Assembly: GCA_017635465.1 (NCBI GenBank)
Contig: JAGBLL010000036.1
Span: 4,590 to 68,589, forward strand
Direction: 5' to 3'
DNA: 64,000 bases
Source of the DNA: Bacilli bacterium
GTDB lineage: Bacteria; Bacillota_I; Bacilli_A; RFN20; CAG-826
Shown here in pieces: positions 31,144-41,232 of the stretch (position 1 is its first letter; every line of letters starts with the position of its first letter). Made by a program: the position numbers and the translations under genes. Under the pieces are notes generated by a model. It saw nothing but the letters and a program-made list of their open reading frames with translations. It searched no databases and was not told where the DNA came from.

Positions 31144-34100
31144 CTACATATTAGTTATATCCATAATACCTAATTGTATTATGCCATTTGTTAAATCAGC
31201 ATCTAATACTTCAATAGCAAATGATCTATCTGAAGCAACATAGGCATCTAAATAACCCCATAATTTTTCATAGGTGAAATTACTATTTCCTAAAGCTTGG
31301 ATATATTGTTGACATTTTGTCGCTGCTAAATCTTTATTGGCGTATGTGATAGTGATAAAAGCTTCTCCAAAATAATAATCATAACTATACTCATCCGCTT
31401 GGAAATCAAAAGTAGGCATTTTACCTTCCGCTGATGGTACATCTGCAATCAATTGTGTCATCGGGAAATTAGCGTCTCCTTGTGAAGAACCACCTAAATT
31501 TTTGATTGTTAATGAAACACCAAATCTATTAGTTTCAACACCAACGGAATATTGATTATTTGGAGATTTATATGTATCAACATATTGATCAGATGTTGCA
31601 ATATCGTATGTGAAATTAGCGGTTGCTAATAGTCCACAATATGCTGTAGCAACATTATCTTTATCATCGGTTTCAATTAATACATAAATACTTCCATCGT
31701 AATTCTTACCAGTGGTGATATCAGTACAGACATCATCATAAGATGGTAATGGGTCTGTATATCCTTCAGCCGTAAATAAAGTATTAATTTGTGTGGTTGG
31801 CCATAAGGAAACAAATGCTTGCTTAGGTGTGCCTTTAATACTAATAACAAGTTGCTTACCACTTACGGATAATGTCAATGTGAAGTGTTGATTAGGTGAT
31901 GTAAAAGTATAATCACTCTTTTCATAACCAAGATTAACTAAGTTAGTAGAGTAGTTATTTCTTCCTTTTGTAGCGTTACTAGAAGAAGAATAAGTACAAG
32001 TAATGTTTATTTCAGTTTCTGAAATGATGGAATAAGAATAACTTGAAGCATCGTTAACCGCGGGCACTTCATCTGTTCCATCAAAATAATCACTAATAAG
32101 GGAAGAAGGGAAAACACCTAATGAGCCTCTAGAAAAAGCGATAGTGATAGAACCACTTTCCGCACTATAAACTTCGATAATTATTTCGCTATTTGGGCAT
32201 GTATAGTTATTAGATGATTCGTTATAAATATAACCACCATTAGTTAAATCATTAGCGTAAGATGCAATCGCGGCTTCTTCGGTTCCTTTTGTAACTTTAA
32301 CCATGACCGCAACACCAAACATATCGTTTAAAACAACAAAGCCATTATTATTACCAGTGAACGCAGGAATAGTACCAACATAGTAACCAAGTGCTTCATT
32401 AAGTTGTTCTAATGGCCACTCAGTGGATGGAATAGCGTCTAATTTAAAATAGATAGTAACGACGATAGCGTTTTCTTTACTATTGAATTCAAATTCTATT
32501 CTAGCGATACCATGGTCAGGAATTAACAAAGTAGCTTGATATAAGTTACCGTCTTGGCTAACTTCCCAACCAGCATTAGTTAAAATAGTAACATATTGTG
32601 ATACATCTGATGCTTTTGGGCCATATATCTTCATGAAAGCATGAATTACTTCGAGAGCACCATAAGCGTAAGCGTTTTCGTTTAAATCTGATTCAATAAA
32701 GACGTATTCGGCATTATCTAAATTGAATGCAGGAATATCAACAACATAACCGTTATATTTGCTATAGAAAGCTTCAACGACCGCTTTGTTCCAGAAATTA
32801 ACTGGACCAAAATAAATATCTAAACTCTTTTCTTTAGTGTTATATAAATATTTAACAGCATATAAACCATCTGGAGAGATAGCGGTTTTAAATCCATTAG
32901 CATCAACACCTTCTAATACATTCCAATTAGCGGTAGTTAACGCCGCTGTATATGTAGAAGTACCATCAGTATTTGTATAAGCATAAATTGCCGCATTTCT
33001 TTCTGAAATTTCATAATAATCAGCATCAAAACTTGGTGGAACAATAGTGGAACCAAAGCCAAGAGACGCTAATTCTTCCGCGAAGAATGTTGGGAATTCG
33101 TAATAATATGGATCATAAGCTTCAAGATATAAAGATTTGTTATCTAATGCGAAACTGGCTCTAACAAATCTAATTCCATCAGCGGTTTCCACTGATTTTT
33201 CATAGACATGTGCATTACTATTAACTTTTTTATAACCATCGCTAATATATGCATTGCCATATGCTGTTAATTCATCAGTGGTGAATTCTCCACCTTTAAT
33301 AACAACGCATTTAGTTTCTTGATCATAACCAACAACAGATTCTTCTTTACCGGTGAATGGCAAAACAACACCATGTAAGTTATCGGACATAATCTTTGCT
33401 TCTTCTGTTGTCCAATTTTTCTTAGTTGGTTTAGTAACAGTAATTTGATATTTCGCAGTTAAATTTTTGGCGGTAACAGTGACATCAAATGTACCAATTT
33501 CATTTAAAACTGCACCATTAGCGGGGTTAGTGGTGAAATCATTTTGAGATTCAGCAGTACCATCTGTATAAGTGACACTAACAGTTAAACCAGAAGTACT
33601 AAATTGTTCTCCTTGTTCGTATATGAGCTTGGCTTTAGAAGTATCAACATTAAGTGCTTTAGGTGCTTTAACAAATATTTCAAAAGTCGCGTTAAATCGT
33701 TTATAAGTGACTGCTACTCCTTGGGTGCCATAATCATTTAATGTTGTTCCATTGATAGGAGAAGTACTGTAATCAGTAACAACTTCAGTTGTGCCGTCAT
33801 CATATACTGCGGTAACCACTAAACCAGATAGATCTAATTTGTCACCAGTTGTGTAATTCTTTTTAACTTGTTCAGTGTTTAATGTAATTCCTGTTAATTC
33901 ATTGTTAACTGTCACGCTAAAATCAGCGGTAAAACTTTCATAAGAAACAATAATGTGATAGACACCGCTTGTAATTAAATAATCTCCATTACGGATGCTA
34001 GTGGTGTAGTTATTCACTGCCACACTTGTGCCATCGCTATAATTTGCAGTTACTACTAAACCAGTCAAGTCAAATGGTTCAGCATACTTGTATTCTTTTT

Positions 34101-34353
34101 TAACATTATCAGTATTAATTGTGATGCCTATAATTGTAGGGGCGACTGAACTAGTAATAGAACTAGTGATACTGCTACTAGTTAAACTATGATATGAATC
34201 GCTTGCTTGGGGAGCGGAGCTACTAGAACTAATGCTTGAAAGAGGTGATGATGAACTATCTTGGCTTATTGGTTTGCTACCTTTGTCGTCACATCCAACT
34301 AAAGCACCAACAGTCATCGCACCAAGTACTAATAGTTTGATAATATTTTTCAT
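31144..34353 (-). CDS. Large surface lipoprotein with a Ser-rich linker and at least 3 bacterial Ig-like (Big_3) repeats, then a ~600-aa domain of unknown function.
   Basis: Lipobox LVGC. Repeats ITINTDNVKKEYKYAEPFDLTGLVVTANYSDGT / ITLNTEQVKKNYTTGDKLDLSGLVVTAVYDDGT / LNVDTSKAKLIYEQGEQFSTSGLTVSVTYTDGT. Confidence 0.6.
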   Translation of the reverse strand: MKNIIKLLVLGAMTVGALVGCDDKGSKPISQDSSSSPLSSISSSSSAPQASDSYHSLTSSSITSSITSSVAPTIIGITINTDNVKKEYKYAEPFDLTGLVVTANYSDGTSVAVNNYTTSIRNGDYLITSGVYHIIVSYESFTADFSVTVNNELTGITLNTEQVKKNYTTGDKLDLSGLVVTAVYDDGTTEVVTDYSTSPINGTTLNDYGTQGVAVTYKRFNATFEIFVKAPKALNVDTSKAKLIYEQGEQFSTSGLTVSVTYTDGTAESQNDFTTNPANGAVLNEIGTFDVTVTAKNLTAKYQITVTKPTKKNWTTEEAKIMSDNLHGVVLPFTGKEESVVGYDQETKCVVIKGGEFTTDELTAYGNAYISDGYKKVNSNAHVYEKSVETADGIRFVRASFALDNKSLYLEAYDPYYYEFPTFFAEELASLGFGSTIVPPSFDADYYEISERNAAIYAYTNTDGTSTYTAALTTANWNVLEGVDANGFKTAISPDGLYAVKYLYNTKEKSLDIYFGPVNFWNKAVVEAFYSKYNGYVVDIPAFNLDNAEYVFIESDLNENAYAYGALEVIHAFMKIYGPKASDVSQYVTILTNAGWEVSQDGNLYQATLLIPDHGIARIEFEFNSKENAIVVTIYFKLDAIPSTEWPLEQLNEALGYYVGTIPAFTGNNNGFVVLNDMFGVAVMVKVTKGTEEAAIASYANDLTNGGYIYNESSNNYTCPNSEIIIEVYSAESGSITIAFSRGSLGVFPSSLISDYFDGTDEVPAVNDASSYSYSIISETEINITCTYSSSSNATKGRNNYSTNLVNLGYEKSDYTFTSPNQHFTLTLSVSGKQLVISIKGTPKQAFVSLWPTTQINTLFTAEGYTDPLPSYDDVCTDITTGKNYDGSIYVLIETDDKDNVATAYCGLLATANFTYDIATSDQYVDTYKSPNNQYSVGVETNRFGVSLTIKNLGGSSQGDANFPMTQLIADVPSAEGKMPTFDFQADEYSYDYYFGEAFITITYANKDLAATKCQQYIQALGNSNFTYEKLWGYLDAYVASDRSFAIEVLDADLTNGIIQLGIMDITNM

Positions 34354-34458
34354 ACTTCTTTCCTTTCTTTTTTAAAATTATGACTAAAATATATTTATTT
34401 TATTTACCTAAATCAATAAAAAAGACAACATATTGCATAATATATTGTCTAATTTAGT

Positions 34459-35433
34459 TTATCTATCTTCTCTAAAATACGTGACACCCAGCGCTGCCGG
34501 CGGCTGCGTGTTCTTCTTATTAAAGACACTTGTAAGAATCAAAACAATAATTGTAAAGACATATGGTAAGAGCATGAACATTTGTTGTTGAGCGGAAGAT
34601 AATGGTAAATAGAATCTGATTTGTTGAAGGGCACCAAAGACAAATGAGGCACCGATACAAATACTTGGTTTCCACATTGAGAAAATAACAAGTGATAACG
34701 CTAACCAACCAAAGGCATCAACACCATCTTTAGCGTTGAAGTAACCTTTTAAAACATCTAATTCATAGGCCATACCACCTAAGCCAGAAATAGCCGCACC
34801 AATAATAGTGGCGATATAACGATATCTATCAACGTTAATACCAGCAGCGTCTGCAGCGGCAGGATTTTCACCACATGCTCTTAAGTTAAGACCAATCTTA
34901 GTTCTAGATAAGAATATCGCCGCTAAAACAGCAATAATAATTGCTAAATATGTAAAGAATGAATGAGATAAGAGGACATTGCCAAAGAAGTCTGTATCCG
35001 CCCATTTAACGTCAAATAATGATTGAATTGCTAAACCAGCATCGTTAATACGTGTTGTTTTAATTAAACCGATGAAGTAGCAAGATAAACCAACACCAAA
35101 TGTTGTTAAAGTTAAACCAGTAACGTTGTGATTACACTTGAGTGTGACGGTAAAGAAAGCGAATATTAAACCACCTATCGCGGCAAAGATCATTGAGAAA
35201 ACAATTGGAATTAAGATTACTAAGAAACCATTTAATTCAGCAGTTTTAATGATATCGAAATAAATTCTTAAACCAAGAATACCACCTAAAGCACCCATGC
35301 ACATAATACCTGGGGTACCCATATTAAGGTGGCCACTTTTTTCAGTAATTGTTTCACCTGTACTACCGAAGATAAATACAGTAGCGGCTTTAATTGCTCT
35401 AGTAAGGAAAGCAACAAATAGTGTCCAAGTCAT
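34459..35433 (-). CDS. ABC transporter permease (BMP-family nucleoside uptake system).
   Basis: Multi-TM protein. Overlapping stop/start with the upstream permease. Confidence 0.8.
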   Translation of the reverse strand: MTWTLFVAFLTRAIKAATVFIFGSTGETITEKSGHLNMGTPGIMCMGALGGILGLRIYFDIIKTAELNGFLVILIPIVFSMIFAAIGGLIFAFFTVTLKCNHNVTGLTLTTFGVGLSCYFIGLIKTTRINDAGLAIQSLFDVKWADTDFFGNVLLSHSFFTYLAIIIAVLAAIFLSRTKIGLNLRACGENPAAADAAGINVDRYRYIATIIGAAISGLGGMAYELDVLKGYFNAKDGVDAFGWLALSLVIFSMWKPSICIGASFVFGALQQIRFYLPLSSAQQQMFMLLPYVFTIIVLILTSVFNKKNTQPPAALGVTYFREDR

Positions 35434-36914
35434 TATTTACTACCCCCATTTCTAGCCACTTCTTTTTTATAAATCTTAACTAAAGATTTTTTCGTGGCCA
35501 CTGTTTTCTTATTAATATATTTTTTCCACTTAAGTGATAATTCTAATTCTTTGATTTGTGCTTTTAATGATTCATTTTTTGTTAAAGCATATTCTTTTTT
35601 GCGTTCATTAATGATGTCTTTATTTACTTCTTCGTCGCTTGGCGCTTTTATAATAACTAAAACATCTAAATAATTATTAAAATCATTTTGATCCATATAT
35701 ATAGCGTTTGATTTAACATAGTTCTTACTCTTAATGATATTTTCACGGAAGACATTAACTTCGTTAGAACCATACATGAAGTTGTTATATTTTGTTTTAA
35801 CATTTTCAACGAATACTTTAAGTTTAGAATCTTCTTCAATTAAGAAATGATAGCTAACGAAGAATTCAGTAGCGATAACGATTAAGAAGAACATACCAGT
35901 AACAATCGCGGAGAATTCTGTTTTACTAATCGCAGCATAACTAGCGGCTTTTGTACTACCACGTTGGAAGAACGCTACTAAGAAACCATACATAATCATT
36001 TGTCCTGGTTGGAATTGACCTAACCAGGCAATTAAAACACCAGTAAAACCACGACCATCCGCTAAAGTAGCGGTTAAGGAGTGGTGGTGACCAGCGACTA
36101 ATAAGAAACCAACAAGGCCACTTAAAGCACCGCTTAAGACCATTGTTCTAATAATGACTTTCTTAACATTGATGCCAACATATCTAGCGGTATTAACGGA
36201 AGCACCAACAACACTTAATTCGTAGCCGTGTTTGGTCTTTTTAAGATAAACAATCATTAAAGCGACAACGACAACGATGATAATAATGCTGAATAAATAT
36301 TTAATACCGAAGATCTTTGGAAGACCACCATAATTCAAAAATGGGAATGATTGAGAACCATTTGTAATCCATAAAGCAATACAGACAGAAATTAAAGCGG
36401 TAGCAACATAGTTCATCATTAAGGTGAACAATGTTTCATTAGTGTTAAAGAATGCTTTAAATATCGCTGGAATAACCGCCCAAATGATACCCGCTAAAAT
36501 GGAAGCGAATAAACAAAGGAAAATAACTAAAGCATCATTCTTGCCATCCGCCATAAAATATGTGATACCAGCGGTTACTAAACAAGCAATAGAAATTTGA
36601 CCTTCTGCGCCGATATTCCAGAATTTCATCTTGAAGGCAGGTGCTAAAGCGAATGCCACTAAGATCAATAATCCAGCGGTTTCAATGAAATCGAATATTT
36701 CTTTTGGATCTCTTGGATTATAAACACCATAAGCCATGTTTTGATAGAAAGAACCAAATGAACCTGGTGAGAGAATATTACATAAGATGCCAGCTAATAA
36801 GAAGGCGACTAAAAAGCCAATGCCTTTAATAATCCAATATTGTTTCTTGGGCATATCAAGACGTTTAACAATATGGAAAGGTAACTTAAAGCGTTTCTTT
36901 TCTTGCTTCTCCAT
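35433..36914 (-). CDS. ABC transporter permease (BMP-family nucleoside uptake system) with a C-terminal hydrophilic extension.
   Basis: Multi-TM core plus a ~130-aa Lys-rich tail. Confidence 0.8.
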   Translation of the reverse strand: MEKQEKKRFKLPFHIVKRLDMPKKQYWIIKGIGFLVAFLLAGILCNILSPGSFGSFYQNMAYGVYNPRDPKEIFDFIETAGLLILVAFALAPAFKMKFWNIGAEGQISIACLVTAGITYFMADGKNDALVIFLCLFASILAGIIWAVIPAIFKAFFNTNETLFTLMMNYVATALISVCIALWITNGSQSFPFLNYGGLPKIFGIKYLFSIIIIVVVVALMIVYLKKTKHGYELSVVGASVNTARYVGINVKKVIIRTMVLSGALSGLVGFLLVAGHHHSLTATLADGRGFTGVLIAWLGQFQPGQMIMYGFLVAFFQRGSTKAASYAAISKTEFSAIVTGMFFLIVIATEFFVSYHFLIEEDSKLKVFVENVKTKYNNFMYGSNEVNVFRENIIKSKNYVKSNAIYMDQNDFNNYLDVLVIIKAPSDEEVNKDIINERKKEYALTKNESLKAQIKELELSLKWKKYINKKTVATKKSLVKIYKKEVARNGGSK

Positions 36915-39006
36915 CTACATGCCCTCCTTTTGTCATTAACAAACCAATTTCTTCTTTGCTCACTTCTCTTGGATTAACGATGCCTGAAACACGACCTTGA
37001 GATAGGACGAGAATCCTATCGCATAACGCCATTAATACATCGAGGTCTTCACCAACGAACAATACAGCGGTACCTTTTTCCTTTTGAGTGTTGAGCAAAT
37101 CATAAATCAAATATGATGAGTTAATATCTAAGCCTCTAACTGGATAAGCGGCCATGAAAACTTTTGGTGAAGAAGATATTTCTCTACCAACAAGAACTTT
37201 TTGAACGTTACCACCAGAAAGCTTACTAACTTGTGTATGAATACTTGGGGTAACAACTGCTAATTCATCAACGATTTCTCTAGCGAGTTTTTCTGGTTTT
37301 TCTCTATGGAAGAAAATACCTTTACCTTTTCTATAACTTCTCAGCATCATGTTATCAACTAAGTCCATAGACGCAACAAGGCCCATGCCTAATCTATCTT
37401 CGGGAACGAAGCTTAACTTAATACCTAAATCTCTAATTTCAAGTGGTGTTTTGTGTTTTAAATCGATGATTTCATCTTCATAGAAGATAACTTCTCCGTT
37501 ATTAACCATTTCCACGATTTTGTTATCTTTAACGTTACTTAAATCAAGTCTATTGCCTTCTTTATCGTGGAAGAAACCTTCCTTAGACATACGTTTAATC
37601 TTTTTGATGGAGTGGTGATAGAAGGTCACTGGTTTTTCTTTCTTTGGGTTATGGAAGATAATATCTCCCGCTTTGTAATATCTTAAGCCAGCGATAACAT
37701 CTAATAATTCTTTTTGACCAGAACCAGAAATACCTGCAACACCTAAGATTTCACCACTTCTTAAAACAAATGAGACATTATCTAAAGCAGTAGTGCCATC
37801 AATATTAGTGACAGTAATGTTATTAACATATAAACGATTTTCAGCGTTCTTTGGTTCGCTGCGTTTGATTTGTAAGTCAATCTTACGACCCACCATCATG
37901 TTGGTGAGTTCTTTTTCATTTGTGTCTTTAGTGTCGACAGTACCAATGTATTCACCTTTACGTAAAACCGCTACCTTGTCGCTTATTTCCATAACTTCGT
38001 TTAATTTATGGGTAATAATGATAATGGTTTTACCAAGTTTACGCATATTACGTAAAACATTAAATAATTGTTTTGTTTCTTGTGGTGTTAAAACCGCAGT
38101 TGGTTCATCAAGGATAAGGATATCAACACCACGATATAAAGCTTTAACGATTTCAAGAGTTTGCTTTTGAGAAACGCTCATATCATAAACTCTTTGATTT
38201 GGATTAACATTAAAACCATATCTTTCACTAATAGAAGCCACTCTTTTCGCAGATTCTTTTAAGTTAAATCTTCTGGATTGTTTAATCTCGTTTTGAAGAT
38301 CTTTAATTTGCTGCTTGAGATTATATTTGTCGACTTCCGCTTTAGCTTTTTTAACTTCTGCTTTTTCATCGATATGTTTAATCGCATATTCAAATTGCGC
38401 TTTTTCTTCTCTGAAATTATCTTTTAGTTGTCTATATTTCTCTTTGTCTTCTAGAGAAGATTGCTTATTTGGCTTTAGTTGTTTACTTTGCTTAGCGTAT
38501 TCTTCTTTAGCGGTTTTGAATTGTTCTTTAATCTTCGCTAATTCTTCACTCTTAATAATGGTGTAGTTATTTTTAGCTTCCATTAATTTATTATCAATGT
38601 CTGAAATCTTTTCTATTTCCACTTGTAATTCAGCGATTAATTTTTCATTCGCGGCTTTAGTTTCTTGATAAATAAGTTCATAGTCTTCTTTACTTAAACC
38701 TAAAACAACGTTTTCAGTCGCGCTGAAGACGTTAACTAATTTGAAGTGTTGATGAATCATACCAATCTTATGCTTATAGGCATCTTTTGGTGAATTAATA
38801 TCAACTTCTTCTTCGTTAATGTAAACTTTTCCTGAGTCTTGCTTATAGATACCAACAAGAACGTTCATTAAGGAAGTTTTGCCAGAACCATTTTCCCCTA
38901 AAAAAGAATAGATAAGACCCTTTTCAATTGAAAAGGAGATATCTTTGTTGGCAATTACTTTTTTACCAAACGTTTTTGTAATGTTTTCAAATCTAATAGC
39001 ATCCAT
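36886..39006 (-). CDS. Nucleoside ABC transporter ATPase (two tandem ABC domains), with a ~190-aa coiled-coil insertion in the first domain and a ~80-aa insertion in the second.
   Basis: Walker A GENGSGKT, degenerate signature MSVSQKQ, Walker B ILILDEP. Second domain GISGSGQ / LSGGNVQK. Likely start MDAIRFEN at 39006; the ORF track adds 17 codons that cover a stem-loop. Confidence 0.85.
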   Translation of the reverse strand: MDAIRFENITKTFGKKVIANKDISFSIEKGLIYSFLGENGSGKTSLMNVLVGIYKQDSGKVYINEEEVDINSPKDAYKHKIGMIHQHFKLVNVFSATENVVLGLSKEDYELIYQETKAANEKLIAELQVEIEKISDIDNKLMEAKNNYTIIKSEELAKIKEQFKTAKEEYAKQSKQLKPNKQSSLEDKEKYRQLKDNFREEKAQFEYAIKHIDEKAEVKKAKAEVDKYNLKQQIKDLQNEIKQSRRFNLKESAKRVASISERYGFNVNPNQRVYDMSVSQKQTLEIVKALYRGVDILILDEPTAVLTPQETKQLFNVLRNMRKLGKTIIIITHKLNEVMEISDKVAVLRKGEYIGTVDTKDTNEKELTNMMVGRKIDLQIKRSEPKNAENRLYVNNITVTNIDGTTALDNVSFVLRSGEILGVAGISGSGQKELLDVIAGLRYYKAGDIIFHNPKKEKPVTFYHHSIKKIKRMSKEGFFHDKEGNRLDLSNVKDNKIVEMVNNGEVIFYEDEIIDLKHKTPLEIRDLGIKLSFVPEDRLGMGLVASMDLVDNMMLRSYRKGKGIFFHREKPEKLAREIVDELAVVTPSIHTQVSKLSGGNVQKVLVGREISSSPKVFMAAYPVRGLDINSSYLIYDLLNTQKEKGTAVLFVGEDLDVLMALCDRILVLSQGRVSGIVNPREVSKEEIGLLMTKGGHVDGEARKETL

Positions 39007-39029
39007 AAACAAACAAATGAATAAACAAA

Positions 39030-39062
39030 GTGACTTGCTGGACACTGAAGCCAGCAAGTCAC
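39030..39062 (-). other. Perfect 12-bp stem-loop between the substrate-binding protein gene and the ATPase gene (intra-operon).
   Basis: GTGACTTGCTGG-acactgaag-CCAGCAAGTCAC, read directly. Confidence 0.6.
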
Positions 39063-39078
39063 TTAAAAGTTAATTTAA

Positions 39079-40347
39079 TTAGAACTTTTCGTTCTTGAGA
39101 GAGATACCATCAATCTTAACGTTGAAGTATGGGGCAGAGGCATCAGCGCTTTCGTTGAAGAAGGAAACACCATCTTTTGTCACGATAGCTTCTGTTTCAC
39201 CTTGGAAGTCACCATCGGTATCAGCTTTGTAAGTTGTTAAAGCTTTACCTTCAACAGTGAAGGTGGAGCAATCAAAGACTTTAGCAGCAGCTTTTTCTTT
39301 AACTTCTTTTTCAACAGCGGCGAATTTGGCTTTGTAATCCGCTAATTTGGTAGCGTCTTTGGTGAGGTTGTCCCAGTTGACATTGTATTCAACAGAACCT
39401 GTAGCAACTGTACCTGTCCAGTTAGCATTGACTTCGTTTTCGATGTCTTTGCCTTCGTAAACAGCGTTAACAACGGCTTTGTAGTATGGAGCCCAGTTAA
39501 TACGGGAGTAAGCTAAATATGTTTTTGGGCATTCATCTTTTGTTTCAACGTTGTAGGTAACGTTTGGAACGTTGGCCTTTTCACAGGTACCTGGAGCACC
39601 CATGGAGTCAGCGTGTTGAGAAATGAGGACGGCACCGTCTTTGATTAAAGCATCAGCAGCGGAACCTTCACCTTCTGGATCATACCAAGAACCAGTGAAG
39701 GAAACATCCATTGTTAATTGTTCATTTTTATAACCATAGTCACGTAAGGCATTTCTTGCACCTAAGAACCATGATGTGTAGCCGGACATAACTTCAGCGT
39801 ATGTGTAGGCACCGACATAACCAACTTTTAAAGCTTTTTGAGCATCTAAATCAGCTTTCTTATCTTCGACTAATTTTAAACCAGCAGCATAACCGGCTAA
39901 GAATCTGCCTTGATAAATGGAAGCGAAGGCATTGTGGTAATTCTTTTGGCTGGCTGTTTTGGCGTTTGTACCTGTTGCATGGCAGAATTGAACGTCTTTG
40001 AATTCTTTAGCAGCGTTGAGCATGTGATCTTGGTGGCCAAAGCTATCAGCAAAGATGACTTTGCAGCCTTTTTCCACTAAGTCTTTAGCGGCATCGAAGC
40101 AGGATGTATCTTCGGCAACACCTGTTAATAAGCAGTTCTTTTCGAAGATGACTTTTTTGCCTAAATCTTTAACGGCTTCGTTTAAAGCATTGATGAAGTT
40201 AGCATCGTAAGTGGAACTGCTATCGTGTAAGCAGATTAAACCAATTTTAACGGCTTCACCATCTTTTGCGGCGTTGTCACAACCAGCTAAACCAGCGACA
40301 GAGGCAGCGGCTAAAGCTAATAATGATACTAAACGTACTTTTTTCAT
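39079..40347 (-). CDS. BMP-family (PnrA/Med-like) nucleoside-binding lipoprotein, the substrate-binding component of the ABC transporter.
   Basis: Lipobox LAGC. BMP-family fold and length. Operon with two permeases and the tandem-ABC ATPase. Confidence 0.85.
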   Translation of the reverse strand: MKKVRLVSLLALAAASVAGLAGCDNAAKDGEAVKIGLICLHDSSSTYDANFINALNEAVKDLGKKVIFEKNCLLTGVAEDTSCFDAAKDLVEKGCKVIFADSFGHQDHMLNAAKEFKDVQFCHATGTNAKTASQKNYHNAFASIYQGRFLAGYAAGLKLVEDKKADLDAQKALKVGYVGAYTYAEVMSGYTSWFLGARNALRDYGYKNEQLTMDVSFTGSWYDPEGEGSAADALIKDGAVLISQHADSMGAPGTCEKANVPNVTYNVETKDECPKTYLAYSRINWAPYYKAVVNAVYEGKDIENEVNANWTGTVATGSVEYNVNWDNLTKDATKLADYKAKFAAVEKEVKEKAAAKVFDCSTFTVEGKALTTYKADTDGDFQGETEAIVTKDGVSFFNESADASAPYFNVKIDGISLKNEKF

Positions 40348-40374
40348 TTTTGTTTTTCTCCTCCTTAAATACTT

Positions 40375-40413
40375 CTAAAAAATAAAAATGAGCTTCCGAT
40401 AATTGGAAGCCTC
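40375..40413 (-). terminator. Intrinsic terminator only ~29 nt upstream of the BMP lipoprotein start codon. Candidate attenuator of the nucleoside transporter operon.
   Basis: Minus strand GAGGCTTCC-aattat-CGGAAGCTC followed by ATTTTTATTTTTT, read directly. Confidence 0.65.
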
Positions 40414-40530
40414 TACCATAAATCAAAGACGAAACACACGAACGGTTATTTCGCAAACAGATTTGATTCGTAGTGCTACATTATACGGTGCAGCGTAGAG
40501 ACTTCTCTCCAATTAGAGAATTATACGAAG
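40414..40530 (-). promoter_or_regulatory. Candidate ~165-nt regulatory leader (riboswitch or protein-mediated attenuator) of the BMP nucleoside ABC operon.
   Basis: Two perfect TATAAT hexamers on the minus strand (plus 40520-40525 and 40481-40486) upstream of the terminator. There is no room for a promoter between the terminator and the start codon. Confidence 0.35.
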
Positions 40531-40680
40531 TCAACGATTGCTCATTGACGCCATTATTATGGTTCATTAACAGTTAAAAGTAAACACTCAAAAATAAGTT
40601 TTTTTGAACAAAAAGTCGCACGTATTTAATATATTAAAGATATACGCACGACACTATTTGACTGATATGGGAAATTGTAA

Positions 40681-41232
40681 CTAGTAAGCTTCAACAGGAA
40701 CGATTGAAATTACTGGATATTTTTTGAGTACTTCACGACCCTTGAGTGGTGTTAATTCGATGAAGAACAAGACACCAGCCACTATACCGCCACTTCTTTC
40801 AACAAGTTCACATAACGCTCTAGCGGAACCGCCTGTCGCTAATAAATCATCAACTACTAAAACTCTATCACCTGGTTTAATAGAATCTTCACTAATAACA
40901 AGAGTAGCGGTGCCATATTCTAAATTATAAGAAACGCAATAACCTGGTCTTGGTAATTTACCTGGCTTTCTAGCCATGACAACACCTTTCTTAGTTAGTA
41001 AGCCAAGTGTTGGGCCAAATAAGAATCCTCTGGCTTCTGGACAGACAATCTTATCGAATTGAATGCCACTTTTATTTAATTCTTCGACCATCGCATCAAA
41101 GACTAACTGCAAATATTCTGGATCTTCAAATACTGGAACGACATCCTTGAAAATAATGCCTGGTTTAGGGAAACCAGGGACATCCTTAATATGCTTTTCG
41201 GATAATGAAATGACTAATTCTTTTTTGGTCAT
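40681..41232 (-). CDS. apt: Adenine phosphoribosyltransferase.
   Basis: VLVVDDLLATGGSA PRPP motif. 183 aa. Confidence 0.9.
   Translation of the reverse strand: MTKKELVISLSEKHIKDVPGFPKPGIIFKDVVPVFEDPEYLQLVFDAMVEELNKSGIQFDKIVCPEARGFLFGPTLGLLTKKGVVMARKPGKLPRPGYCVSYNLEYGTATLVISEDSIKPGDRVLVVDDLLATGGSARALCELVERSGGIVAGVLFFIELTPLKGREVLKKYPVISIVPVEAY

Noticed and set aside
34475-34500. GC-rich near-palindrome CAGCGCTGCCGGCGGCTGCG that looks like a terminator or REP element.
   Set aside because: It lies inside the C-terminal coding region of the ABC permease (…PPAALGV…) and has no following T-run.
40430-40480. Bacillus-type PurBox (CGAAC ... GTTCG) between apt and the BMP operon.
   Set aside because: Only one good CGAAC half-site with irregular spacing to a poor second half. 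Not convincing, and PurR may be absent from this lineage.
40414-40560. Possible purine (guanine/adenine/2'-dG) riboswitch in the leader of the nucleoside ABC operon.
   Set aside because: A P1-like UAUAAU...UUAUGG pairing exists, but the conserved P2/P3 loops and the J2-3 UUUCUACC-type core are not recognisable. Kept only as a generic candidate attenuator.
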